Made by a program: the position numbers and the translations under genes
Source of the DNA: Candidatus Doudnabacteria bacterium
GTDB taxonomy: Bacteria > Patescibacteriota > Doudnabacteria > UBA920
DNA: 53,627 nt
Assembly: GCA_963788395.1 (NCBI GenBank)
Contig: CAWBGV010000024.1
Coordinates: 1 to 53,627, forward strand
Reading direction: 5' to 3'
In this document: positions 30,337-39,993 of the stretch, in pieces
Layout: every line of letters starts with the position of its first letter
Numbering within the stretch: position 1 is the stretch's first letter
Notes under the pieces: model-generated
Seen by the model: the letters and a program-made list of their open reading frames with translations, nothing else
The model's database searches: none
What the model was told of the DNA's origin: nothing

Positions 30337-31875
30337 ATGAATAAATATACCTGGTCCATACTCATAGCCGTCATAATAATTGCCGGGGTTAGCGTCTACA
30401 TAGAACACAGCCTGACTCAGCGCCCCCATTACACCTTGGTCAGCGTTACCAAAACCAACCTGACCGAAGGCGTAACCGCCAACGGCAGCGTTGACGCCGC
30501 CCAAGACTTAACCCTGTCTTTCCAAATTGGCGGCACCGTCAGCCAAGTTCCCGTGGTTGTCGGCCAGCAAGTCACCCAAGACGAAACCTTGGCCGAATTA
30601 GATCCCAAAAGCGCCCAAGCCGGCATAGCCCAGGCCACCGCCGCCTTAGACGCCGCCCAGGCCAGTTACCAAAAAACCTTAGACGGCGCCACCAGCGCCC
30701 AAATTCAGGTTGCCCAGGCCGCCGTCACCGCCGCCCAAACCGCCTTAAGCAACGCCACCACCACCCTGGCCACCACCCAGGCCCAGCAGACCACCGCCGT
30801 TAATAACGCTTACATTACCCTCCTCAACACCCCCTTAAGCGCCGTCCCCGGTTCCGGCAACTCCGATGCCGTCACCGCCACCATCACCGGTACCTACACC
30901 GGCACCCAGCAAGGCACTTACAACATCACCCTCTACGCCACCGGCGGCGGAGAAAGCTTTACCTATAGCGGCTTAGAAAGCGGCAGCGGCCCGGTTCGGA
31001 CCCAGCCCGCCGCCTTAGGCACCAAAGGTTTATATATCCAATTCAGCGCCATGCCTTCCTTAAGCGACACCTGGACTGTTAGCATTCCCAATACCTATGC
31101 CGCGGCTTACGTAGCCAATTCCAACGCCTACCAAGCCGCCCTCCAAACCCAGAGCCAGGCCATGAACGCCGCCCGGGACGCCGTTAACTCCGCCCAGGCC
31201 GCCCTAACCCAAGCCCAAGCCAGCTTAGCACTGACCCAGGCCGCCGCCCGACCCGAAGACGTCGCCGCAGCCCAGGCCCAGGTTGGCACCGCCCAGGCCG
31301 CCTTAGAAACCGCCCAAAATAATTACGGCTACTCGTTTATCACCGCGCCGCTGGCCGGCACCATTACCGAAGTCGACGCCAAAATCGGCCAGACCGCCAG
31401 TCCCGGCACTCCTGAAATCAAAATGATTTCCGGCAACCAATTTCAAATTGACGCCTACGTTTCCCAAAACGACTTAAGCAAAATCAAAGTCAGCGATCCC
31501 GCTCAAGTCACCTTAGACGCTTATGGCGACCAAACCAACTTCCCCGCCACCGTTATAGATATCGACCCCGCCGCCACCACCATCAACAACGTCCAGTCTT
31601 ATAAAGTCACCTTACAATTTAATAACAACGACAGCCGCATCAAAACCGGCATGGCCGCCAACATTACCATTACCAACCAAACCAAAAATGGCGTCTTGGC
31701 CATTCCCCAAACCGCCGTCATCACCCAAAACAACCAGACCTACGTATTAAAACAGACTCCCAGCGGCCAGCCCCAGCAGGTTCAAATCCAAACCGGAATC
31801 AGCGGATTAAACGGAATGACCGAAATCACCTCGGGTTTAAACGAAGGAGATCAAATTGTCAGTTTTGGACAGTAG
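30337..31875 (+). CDS. Efflux adaptor (membrane fusion protein) with inserted beta domain
   Basis: TM anchor, lipoyl halves, long Ala/Gln coiled coil, ITAPLAGTI, GLNEGD. Confidence 0.88.
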   Translation: MNKYTWSILIAVIIIAGVSVYIEHSLTQRPHYTLVSVTKTNLTEGVTANGSVDAAQDLTLSFQIGGTVSQVPVVVGQQVTQDETLAELDPKSAQAGIAQATAALDAAQASYQKTLDGATSAQIQVAQAAVTAAQTALSNATTTLATTQAQQTTAVNNAYITLLNTPLSAVPGSGNSDAVTATITGTYTGTQQGTYNITLYATGGGESFTYSGLESGSGPVRTQPAALGTKGLYIQFSAMPSLSDTWTVSIPNTYAAAYVANSNAYQAALQTQSQAMNAARDAVNSAQAALTQAQASLALTQAAARPEDVAAAQAQVGTAQAALETAQNNYGYSFITAPLAGTITEVDAKIGQTASPGTPEIKMISGNQFQIDAYVSQNDLSKIKVSDPAQVTLDAYGDQTNFPATVIDIDPAATTINNVQSYKVTLQFNNNDSRIKTGMAANITITNQTKNGVLAIPQTAVITQNNQTYVLKQTPSGQPQQVQIQTGISGLNGMTEITSGLNEGDQIVSFGQ

Positions 31876-31940
31876 ATAGGAACTAGGGGGAGGGATTAAA
31901 GATTCATAATTGAGAACTAGTAATTAGTAATAAGATACTT

Positions 31941-32612
31941 ATGGCTAACCAAACATCCGAACAACAAACCACTGCCGCCGCACCGGCACAGCAGTCAATT
32001 TTGCAAAATAAATGGGTACGCAGCGCCGGAGTAATCGTCCTGGTGTTGATCATTGCCGGCGGCTGGTTATACTGGCAAAGCTCGCAGACCCGCGTAGGTA
32101 TCGACACCTCCCAAATTATCGCCCCGACTATTAACCTCTCCCCCACCACTACCGGAATTTTGCAAAACATTTACGTTAACGAAGGCGACCAAGTCCCCGC
32201 CAATACCGTGGTGGCTTTAGTTGGTACCGAATTAATTAAAACCACCGTCGCCGGAGTTATTACCTCCGTCCAAAACAACGTCGGCACCGTCTACAGCCCC
32301 GGCCAGACCGTTGTCACCATGATCGACCCGACCCAGTTGCGGGTCATCGGCACTATTGATGAAAACAAAGGCCTTGACCGCATTGCCGTTGGACAAGAAG
32401 CCAGCTTTACCGTCGACGCCTTCGGGTCCCAAAAATTCCAGGGCGTAGTCGACGAAATCAGCCCCATGGCCAACCAGTCCAGCGTTGTCTTTAACATTTC
32501 CGATGAACGCGTCACCCAGCAGTTTAACGTCAAAGTCCGGTACGACGTCAACCAGTACCCGCAGCTCAAAAATGGGATGTCGGCCAAGCTGACGATCTAT
32601 ACAAACAATTAG
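31941..32612 (+). CDS. Short HlyD/EmrA-like adaptor lacking the helical hairpin
   Basis: VNEGDQV, IDENKGL, FTVDAF, LKNGMSA. Confidence 0.82.
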   Translation: MANQTSEQQTTAAAPAQQSILQNKWVRSAGVIVLVLIIAGGWLYWQSSQTRVGIDTSQIIAPTINLSPTTTGILQNIYVNEGDQVPANTVVALVGTELIKTTVAGVITSVQNNVGTVYSPGQTVVTMIDPTQLRVIGTIDENKGLDRIAVGQEASFTVDAFGSQKFQGVVDEISPMANQSSVVFNISDERVTQQFNVKVRYDVNQYPQLKNGMSAKLTIYTNN

Positions 32613-32639
32613 CCTGTCAAGTTCAAATAAAACACTTCC

Positions 32640-34160
32640 ATGCCGGACGCCCAAACAATTACAACCGAACAAACCACACCCACCGAAAACTCCTCCCTGA
32701 AATGGTGGGTGCTTTTAACTGTAATTATTGGAACATTTTTGGGCCGGCTGGACCAGACCATTGTTAATTTGGCATTGCCTAAAATTATCACCGACTTTAG
32801 CATCTCGGTCAGCGCCGCCGGCTGGATCGCCACCGCTTACATTTTAGCCAACGCCATCTTCGTGCCTATTTGGGGAAAATTGGGCGATACCATTGGCCGC
32901 AAAAAAGTTTACATCTTAGGATTTTCTATTTTTATTTTTGGCTCGGTTCTGGCCGGACTGTCCTGGAACCTGAGCTCCATGATTGTCTTCCGGGTTATCC
33001 AGTCCATTGCCGGCTCCGCCGACTACCCCACTGCCATGGCCATTTTGGCCGTCACCTTTAAAGAAGGCAAAGAACGCGCCCAGGCTTTGGGCATTTGGTC
33101 GTCTTCCTTTGCCGCCGCCGCCGTGTTCGGCCCCTTAATTGGCGGACCATTAATAGATAACTTTGGCTGGCGCTCGGTATTTTTAGTCAACTTACCTGTG
33201 GGGATCATCGGCCTGTTTATGGCCATCACCTTTGTGCAAGAATCGGTATCGGAAGTAAAAACAACCTACTTTGATTGGTGGGGGGCCATAACTTTGGGCA
33301 TTGCCTTAAGCGCCCTGGTGCTGGTGCTGGACCAGGGCACCACCTGGGGCTGGACCGCGCTGTATTCCTGGCTCTGCTATTTTGCCACGGTTTTGTTTAC
33401 CTATATTTTTGTGCTGGTAGAACATCATGCCAAAGAGCCGATTGTCGACTTAAAATTCTTCAAAATTCCAGCCTTTGTCAACACCCTGGCCAACAACTTT
33501 ATTGTCTTTATGGGAATGATGGGCAGCGTCTTTTTAATTCCCATTTTTGCCCAAACTTTTATGGGCTATAACGCCACCCAAAGCGGCTACCTGTTTATTC
33601 CCATGGCCGCGGCTTTGATGCTGGCCGCCCCGATTGGCGGCAGCTTGATTGGCCGGGTTAAACCGCAGTACGTTATTGCGGCCAGCACCCTGGTGGCGGC
33701 AATTGGTATTTATTTATTTTCGGTGTATTTAGATCCCCGCTCCAGCGCGATAGATATTATTATCCCGTTGGCAATTATGGCCTTTGGCCTGGGTTTTGGC
33801 ATGGCCCAGCGCACCAATATTGTAGCCCAGGTGGTTGACCCGCACGAAATCGGCATCGCCTCTTCTATTTTGGCTTTGGTCCGCAACATTGCCGGCGCCT
33901 TTGGCATCGCGATATTCGGTACCATTTTGAACAACGCGACTAATCACAACGTTTTGATTCTCGGCCGCGACAGCATTTTGCAAAATGCCAACCCGCTGAA
34001 TTACCAAACTTTTATTCAATTAATTATTTTAAAAGCCGAGGTTGCCGGCTACGCCACGGTCTTTTACTTTGCCGCGGCTTTGGTTTTTTTCGGCGCCATC
34101 ACCGCCCTATGGATCCGAGTCACCCGCGACCAGCCCAATGTGCATATTATGATTGAATAA
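32640..34160 (+). CDS. DHA2 (EmrB/QacA) MFS efflux permease
   Basis: LDQTIVNLALP, GKLGDTIGRKK, GPLIGG, WRSVFLVNLPVG. Confidence 0.93.
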   Translation: MPDAQTITTEQTTPTENSSLKWWVLLTVIIGTFLGRLDQTIVNLALPKIITDFSISVSAAGWIATAYILANAIFVPIWGKLGDTIGRKKVYILGFSIFIFGSVLAGLSWNLSSMIVFRVIQSIAGSADYPTAMAILAVTFKEGKERAQALGIWSSSFAAAAVFGPLIGGPLIDNFGWRSVFLVNLPVGIIGLFMAITFVQESVSEVKTTYFDWWGAITLGIALSALVLVLDQGTTWGWTALYSWLCYFATVLFTYIFVLVEHHAKEPIVDLKFFKIPAFVNTLANNFIVFMGMMGSVFLIPIFAQTFMGYNATQSGYLFIPMAAALMLAAPIGGSLIGRVKPQYVIAASTLVAAIGIYLFSVYLDPRSSAIDIIIPLAIMAFGLGFGMAQRTNIVAQVVDPHEIGIASSILALVRNIAGAFGIAIFGTILNNATNHNVLILGRDSILQNANPLNYQTFIQLIILKAEVAGYATVFYFAAALVFFGAITALWIRVTRDQPNVHIMIE

Positions 34161-34162
34161 AC

Positions 34163-34363
34163 TACCCCGCAGCAAGCTGACGGGGTATCAACTGCAAATT
34201 GTCATTGCGAGCGAGTGTCCGCCAGAGGCGGATACGCCATCCGAGCGCGGCAATCTAAACCCCGTATGTCGAGCAGAGAATGCTTCCGCCTCCGTCCGCC
34301 ATAGGCGGACTGCGGCGGACAGGTCGTCGTCAAGGGAAATACGAACAGCTCCTCGCAATGACA
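34163..34363. repeat. Composite of palindromic mobile-like repeats
   Basis: TACCCCG-CAGCAAGCTGA-CGGGGTA hairpin; GTCATTGCGAG...CTCGCAATGAC element containing two TCCGCC-N3-GGCGGA units. Confidence 0.8.
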
Positions 34364-34423
34364 TTGCAAAAAACTGACCTGTCTTCGCGGCCCCCAAATA
34401 AGAGCTAGAAACAGCTCAGAATA

Positions 34424-35215
34424 TTATTGTTCCCTAACTTTGCTCGCCACCACTTGCACACTGCCGGAAAGATGTTTTCCCCATACCCTTACTCCCCCGT
34501 CCATGGGCAACTGACTGAATAAAATAGGTTGGCCCTTGCCATCTAAAATTTGAGCGTGGCTAATATCTACCCCATAAATTGCATTATTACTTCCAGCTAC
34601 AGTCAGCGCATCAGCTCCGCGCATTCTTAGAGCTCCAGTAAAATAAATAGCGATCATTCTAATTTTAGCCTGTACCAACGTAGCATTCACCGTAGCGTAA
34701 GTTCTATCCCAAACACCTTTGACCGTAACATTCATCCCCGGCTCTAAATCTTTTAACCCCACGCTCGTACTATTTTGCTGGAAAACTGTCAGCATATTGG
34801 TTTGAATAGTTTGAAACCCCCATTGCTTACTCAGCATAGACAACGTAGCTGCCCACGGATTAATAGTTACAATTTTCCCGGTAAAAGTTCCGCGGTGCGG
34901 ATACAAAGAGAGGTCGCGAATTAACGTAGCTAATATAATATTTCCCCCCTGTCCCAAACCCGTGATTTGAAGCTTGTCCCCTACTATAATATCGCCAACC
35001 TGCATGGCGGTTCCGTTTTTGCGAATCAGAGTTGCGTCCCAAGTCTGGATAAAATAAATCGCAGCGCTAACCGTAGCCAGGGTAATTTGACTGCCGTTTA
35101 CACCCGGATTAATGGCCGTGACTGTACCTAAAAAAGTTTGCGGAGCAGCGGCTTGGGAGACCTGAGGAATTACTATCCAAATTGACGTAATAAATACCAA
35201 AAGTATTTTTTTCAT
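34424..35215 (-). CDS. Secreted protein with three DUF5666-like OB-type repeats
   Basis: Signal peptide; GTVTAIN...VGDKLQITG repeated pattern. Confidence 0.65.
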   Translation of the reverse strand: MKKILLVFITSIWIVIPQVSQAAAPQTFLGTVTAINPGVNGSQITLATVSAAIYFIQTWDATLIRKNGTAMQVGDIIVGDKLQITGLGQGGNIILATLIRDLSLYPHRGTFTGKIVTINPWAATLSMLSKQWGFQTIQTNMLTVFQQNSTSVGLKDLEPGMNVTVKGVWDRTYATVNATLVQAKIRMIAIYFTGALRMRGADALTVAGSNNAIYGVDISHAQILDGKGQPILFSQLPMDGGVRVWGKHLSGSVQVVASKVREQ

Positions 35216-35401
35216 ATGGGTATATTAATAGTCAGTTTTAGTACCATACCATAAGAGGACTGAAGTTTCTTTAAAGATAAAATAAAGTTTTTGTCACTCC
35301 TCGCAATGACAAACTCTATAATCGAGAGAGTAAACACAAATATTTAAAAACATCAGTTTATTTTGATAAACTGATGTTTCCAACTAGCTTACTCCAGCGA
35401 G

Positions 35402-35917
35402 CTATCGTAATTGCAAATACAACTTAGCTCCGGTCGGTGCCACTAACTGCCGCTGAATCGGCCAGCCGGGCAGCGGCCAGTAATAACTAATCACCCGCGC
35501 GCCGGGTTTTAATTCCCGTTCCAGCTTTTGCTGAAGCTGGGCGGTTTTTTTCGGCATCAAAAAAAAGTAGACAACATCGGCGTCCTTAAAATCGCTGGCC
35601 CAAAAATCCCGAAATCTTAAACGCATACTGCCGGTCGCCGTACGCGCTTGTCGCAACTTTCTCCACCACGCCAAGCCCAACGGCAACAAAGAAACTTCCA
35701 ACCCAATAGCCGTCGCCCCCGCCTGGCTGGCGGCAGCCAACAGCCGGCCGTCGCCGCAGCCCAGATCGTAAAAAATCTCTCCGGGACGCAATTGGGCCAG
35801 TTCTAAAAAACTGCTCACATCCACTGCCCGCGTCGGAAACCACGGCGCGCCTACTAAAGATCCATAGGCAAACGTCAGCGCAATAATCAACACCACCAAA
35901 ATAAGTGCCAAGGCCAT
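35402..35917 (-). CDS. Membrane-anchored class I SAM methyltransferase
   Basis: GAPWFPT, YDLGCGDGR, ADVVYFFL, LKPGARVISY. Confidence 0.88.
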   Translation of the reverse strand: MALALILVVLIIALTFAYGSLVGAPWFPTRAVDVSSFLELAQLRPGEIFYDLGCGDGRLLAAASQAGATAIGLEVSLLPLGLAWWRKLRQARTATGSMRLRFRDFWASDFKDADVVYFFLMPKKTAQLQQKLERELKPGARVISYYWPLPGWPIQRQLVAPTGAKLYLQLR

Positions 35918-35926
35918 AAACCAAGA

Positions 35927-36460
35927 CTAATGAAAAAAAGTAAACGTATCTACCACATGATTCCAAAAATCGGTTACCGGAAAACTGGTGTTATTGGCGG
36001 CGCCACTAATCGCAATTTGAACTTCGTAATTGGTATTATAAAAATCGTACGGCAATTGGGTGGGGTCGGCAGCCAAGCGCGGGTTCACCGAAGGCGGCAA
36101 ACGCCGATAGACCACCTTTTGATTGTTTTTAGAAAAGCCCGGACTGTTTAAGTTCGGAGACTGGTCGTAATAAATAACCTGGACCGTAACTAAAACCGGC
36201 GCACGGTTAATTCCAATTTGGGAGAAAGTTAAGACGCAGGCTTGGTTGTTGGTAGGAGGTTCTTGGTGGACTTGGGTATGGACGCTCCAAAGCGCGGGCA
36301 GCGGATATTTAAAACTAAAACCAGTCTCGGCTAATCCGGGGCAAGAAAATGTTTGGAGGGTACCCAAATTGCCTCCATAGAGCTTAAAACTCGCGATCGC
36401 GGCCATAACAATTACAATTACCAAAACAATAGAAACCAGGAGCTTTTTATTCATAATCAA
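35927..36460 (-). CDS. Hypothetical anchored protein (PsbP-like)
   Basis: N-terminal TM, GFSFKYP, C-terminal VVDTFTF. Confidence 0.6.
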   Translation of the reverse strand: MIMNKKLLVSIVLVIVIVMAAIASFKLYGGNLGTLQTFSCPGLAETGFSFKYPLPALWSVHTQVHQEPPTNNQACVLTFSQIGINRAPVLVTVQVIYYDQSPNLNSPGFSKNNQKVVYRRLPPSVNPRLAADPTQLPYDFYNTNYEVQIAISGAANNTSFPVTDFWNHVVDTFTFFH

Positions 36461-36634
36461 TTCGACTAGGCTTACAAATAATTATACCTAGTTTAGCAGA
36501 TTTTGACAAAATGAGCCTACTTTCTAATCAAAAAAGCTTTGGAGTGAATCCAAAGCTTTTTTCATACTTGCAAACGGTCCGGGGTCATAACTCCCTTAAT
36601 TTTGCAACTGTGGGTGTTCCAAAATTAAATCCTT

Positions 36635-37330
36635 TTAGTTAGTTGGCGTAGGTTTTTGGAACATGGCTCCATCTACAATATTCTTGGCAGTTACCGTAGT
36701 GCCCGAGGTTGTCCCTTGGACGTTTAAGCTATCGCCGACTTGAATATTGGAAACAGAGGAAGAGGAAACTTTCTCGACATTGGCGCCGGAAGCATTAACT
36801 GTATACGTGGTTCCATTTTTACCGGTTAAGGTAATAGTCTTGCCATTAATGGCAGAAACAGTTCCCATGGCTCCCTGCATACCGCGGCCACCGAAGTGGC
36901 CACCCATAAACATACCGTCAGTTATTTTAGTGGCGGTAATGGTCGTACCCGAAACGGTACCCTGGACCATAATGTTGTCACCAACAGCGATGCTGGAAAC
37001 AGGAATAGTGGTGGGCGTTGGGCGCGGTTGGTTCGTCTGGCCGCTGGTGGACGGCGCAGTAAACTTTTCTATCGTGGCATTGGTAGCGTCAACCGTATAG
37101 GTAGTACCGGTCTTCTTATCCGTCATAGTGATGGTGTTGCCATTAACCGCGGTGACTGCTCCGGCGGCAGCCGGAGGAGTGAAAGCCTGGGTATGCCGGC
37201 TAGTTTGAGTGGTAGTGGTGGTGCCGGTAGTAGTCGTGGTCGCGGCATGGGTTTGAAACCCAATGGTGGCAATCGTGCCAGCCGCTAAACCGAGAACGCT
37301 GAACAGAACGGCTATCTTTTTTGATCTCAT
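36635..37330 (-). CDS. Secreted Thr-rich protein with two DUF5666-like repeats
   Basis: GAVTAVNGNTITM..YTVDA..VGDNIMVQGT occurs twice in similar form. Confidence 0.75.
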   Translation of the reverse strand: MRSKKIAVLFSVLGLAAGTIATIGFQTHAATTTTTGTTTTTQTSRHTQAFTPPAAAGAVTAVNGNTITMTDKKTGTTYTVDATNATIEKFTAPSTSGQTNQPRPTPTTIPVSSIAVGDNIMVQGTVSGTTITATKITDGMFMGGHFGGRGMQGAMGTVSAINGKTITLTGKNGTTYTVNASGANVEKVSSSSVSNIQVGDSLNVQGTTSGTTVTAKNIVDGAMFQKPTPTN

Positions 37331-37573
37331 GTATTTGGTTCCTTGAAAAAATTATTTTTTCTTCAGATCGACCTTTCGCTAACTACTACAAAGACCTTTC
37401 GGGTATAATTTCGCCGGCAATATTTTAAGCGTTAAGTAACCAGAAAAATATTTTGATGAAATAAAATGAAATTTTATTTTGTACAATGCTATTTATTTTC
37501 CTCAAAACTTTTTTTAAAATATGTATCGACAATTTCTATGCCATTTTCTATCTTATTTAAGACCGTAAAAGCC

Positions 37574-37646
37574 TTGACATTAGCCTAAGATTTAGGTATA
37601 TTGATATGAAACAAAAAACCGTTAAAACTAACGGTTTTTTTGTTTC
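37574..37646 (+). promoter_or_regulatory. Sigma70 promoter immediately followed by a long hairpin with U-tract
   Basis: TTGACA-N17-TATATT; GAAACAAAAAACCGTTA-AAAC-TAACGGTTTTTTTGTTTC. Confidence 0.7.
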
Positions 37647-37758
37647 TCCTTAACAATTGTGAAGAGGATTTTTTGCCGCGGTAGGTCCCGTTCGGCACAC
37701 CCATAACCACTGACTGCTGCCACAGTTAAAACCCTTGACCAAAACATGGGAGAACTGT

Positions 37759-39370
37759 ATGAAGTTTGCAACATTCTTCGGAGGGGCAGCACTGCTGGCC
37801 CTACTAACCCTGACCCTCAGCAACCACAACGCAGTTGGACAAACTCTTTTGTCCAACCCGGGAGGTGATACTAACCCGCCGGTAGACCCCGGCGATCCTT
37901 ACGATGGAGTCGCTCCATCGCCACAAGCCTATCAGATCCCCACACCGAACATGTACGTAGCCGCCGGTTCCGACTCAGCGTATGCCGGAATCAACGGAGC
38001 GCTCAACTGGTGTATTGTGGGCGGTTCCAATCCGTACGTTTCCATACCCATCGGAAGGGAAAAAATGCCGGTTTGGCAGCCTCCCAACGGTGGCGTAGTG
38101 GCTTATCCTGGAAATCCGGAATTAGTCACCGCCCAGCTGGATGTAATGTTTTACGCTTTAGGCGTCGGCCAAGAGTTGGCCATACGGATCAACTCCAACG
38201 AGGTGTTTGAACTAACCTCTACGCAGAACGAAAGCTGGGGACAGTCTGACCACACAAATCCCCGCCAGCATTCTTCACTGGGCCCAAAATTTTGGAGGGA
38301 CTTTAACTCCCGGATACAACTCGGTGGAGATTGTCAACTATACGGAAGGGGCCTGTACTTCGATTGCTTATGCGAGCATTCGCGTAGGCTCGCCCCAACC
38401 GGTGTTCGCCATCCACGGTCTCGGCGGCAGCCCGGCCAGTTTTACTGGTCTGGCTAGTTCGTTCATTCCTTATGGCAATCCGGTCTACCTGCTTAACCTC
38501 CAGGATCAGACTATCTCCGCCCGAGGGGCAGACATGCGTCAGCAGTTAGCCAATTTTTCGGCCCAAACCGGAATTTGGAACTCGCATTTCGTTTGTCACT
38601 CCGCCGGCTGCTTGACCTATGAGTACGCCTTTGGACAAGCCTCGGCTCAACCACTACCTTGTCCCATTTCGGTCAGCGCCATCGCCGCGCCATTTCTAGG
38701 CAGTCCGCTCGCGGATTACTACTTTGATTCGGCTGGCGCCACTGACAAGACCAACTTGGGGAAACTTGGCCCGCTCAACACCACAATTTTGGACGCCGTC
38801 CTGGCCTACCTGGGCAATCAACCCGGTATTATCCAGGGCTTGCGCCCATCGGTCAGGCAAGGCGTTACTGCTTCGCTTTGGCCAAGTCTGCCGCACCAGC
38901 GGTGGATGAACGTTCCGGGAAACATTCCCATCCCCTACTTTGCCTACTCGGGCGATGCGAACTGGGGACAAGGAAGCGTTAATATCACCTCGCAACAAAC
39001 CGCGGGGTTCCCGCTTATCACCCCCTCCTTGGGTGCAGCGTTGTACAATTTTGTGGGCCAAACCGCCGACACCAAGGCCATTGTCCAACAAGTTTGCGGT
39101 TGGACTACGGTCGCGGGCACCGCGGTTGACCTCTGTCAGAATGTGAAGATAGTAATTCCCATAACTCGTCCGGCCGGCCAGTTTCTGACCAACGATTTTA
39201 TTGTTGATGAGAACAGCGCCAACCCTGCCGGCTACCAGCAGCACCGCGGTATTCACGCGCACCACTTAGACATAGTCGGTGTGTCGCAAAACCAGGTCGC
39301 CGCCAACATTCATGCCAACGACACCGTGTTGTTGGCCATTTGGGTTGTAACCCGTCCCATAGGAAACTAG
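37759..39370 (+). CDS. Secreted alpha/beta hydrolase (lipase/PGAP1-like), frameshift near 38250-38330
   Basis: Signal peptide; IHGLGG, VCHSAG nucleophile elbow, APFLGSPLAD, NDFIVDENSA, late His. Confidence 0.8.
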
Positions 39371-39378
39371 GAGACACC

Positions 39379-39993
39379 ATGAAATTGATTACGGTACTGT
39401 GGATCCTTCTCGCGATAGTTTCAATGGGATGCGGACAAACGACTCCCAACGGCACGACTGTCGCAACTATTCGTCACGACCCTTTTATTTGGGGGCACGA
39501 CGAAATTCAGCCACTGGTTAGTTGCTTCTTAAGGCGTAGTCGGAACAGGCTGCTGATTAACGCTTACCCCTATTCCTACGACGCCGATACAGAAAGCGAC
39601 TTTAGCGCCAAAAATTATTCAGACACGCCCGCAGTTGTTGATCTGAATACAAAAACTCTTGCCCCCGCCGCTTTAAAGGAGTGGCAGGAAGCGACTCCGC
39701 TAACGCTGATTCCGCCTGCCGGCACCTTTGCGTGGAAATGGCACGGCCATGGTCTCTCACTCGATCCTGGTCCGATACTAACACTCACTGTTGACGGTTC
39801 AAAGTATCAGGTCATTAATGTTCCAAGAGAAGTCAGCAGAGCGTTCGGCCTGGTTCGCGGCGGCGCGGCGGCCAGCGAAACTTTTGCCGCAGAAGCAAAA
39901 CTTTTCCAGGATGGGGACAGTGCAGTACTGGTCATCCCCGCAGGCCTGGATGGCGACAAACTCATGTTCGTAAAAATCGGAGGTCAAAAATGA
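39379..39993 (+). CDS. Putative lipoprotein
   Basis: MKLITVLWILLAIVSMGC lipobox-like; AGGAG RBS; directly after the lipase. Confidence 0.7.
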   Translation: MKLITVLWILLAIVSMGCGQTTPNGTTVATIRHDPFIWGHDEIQPLVSCFLRRSRNRLLINAYPYSYDADTESDFSAKNYSDTPAVVDLNTKTLAPAALKEWQEATPLTLIPPAGTFAWKWHGHGLSLDPGPILTLTVDGSKYQVINVPREVSRAFGLVRGGAAASETFAAEAKLFQDGDSAVLVIPAGLDGDKLMFVKIGGQK

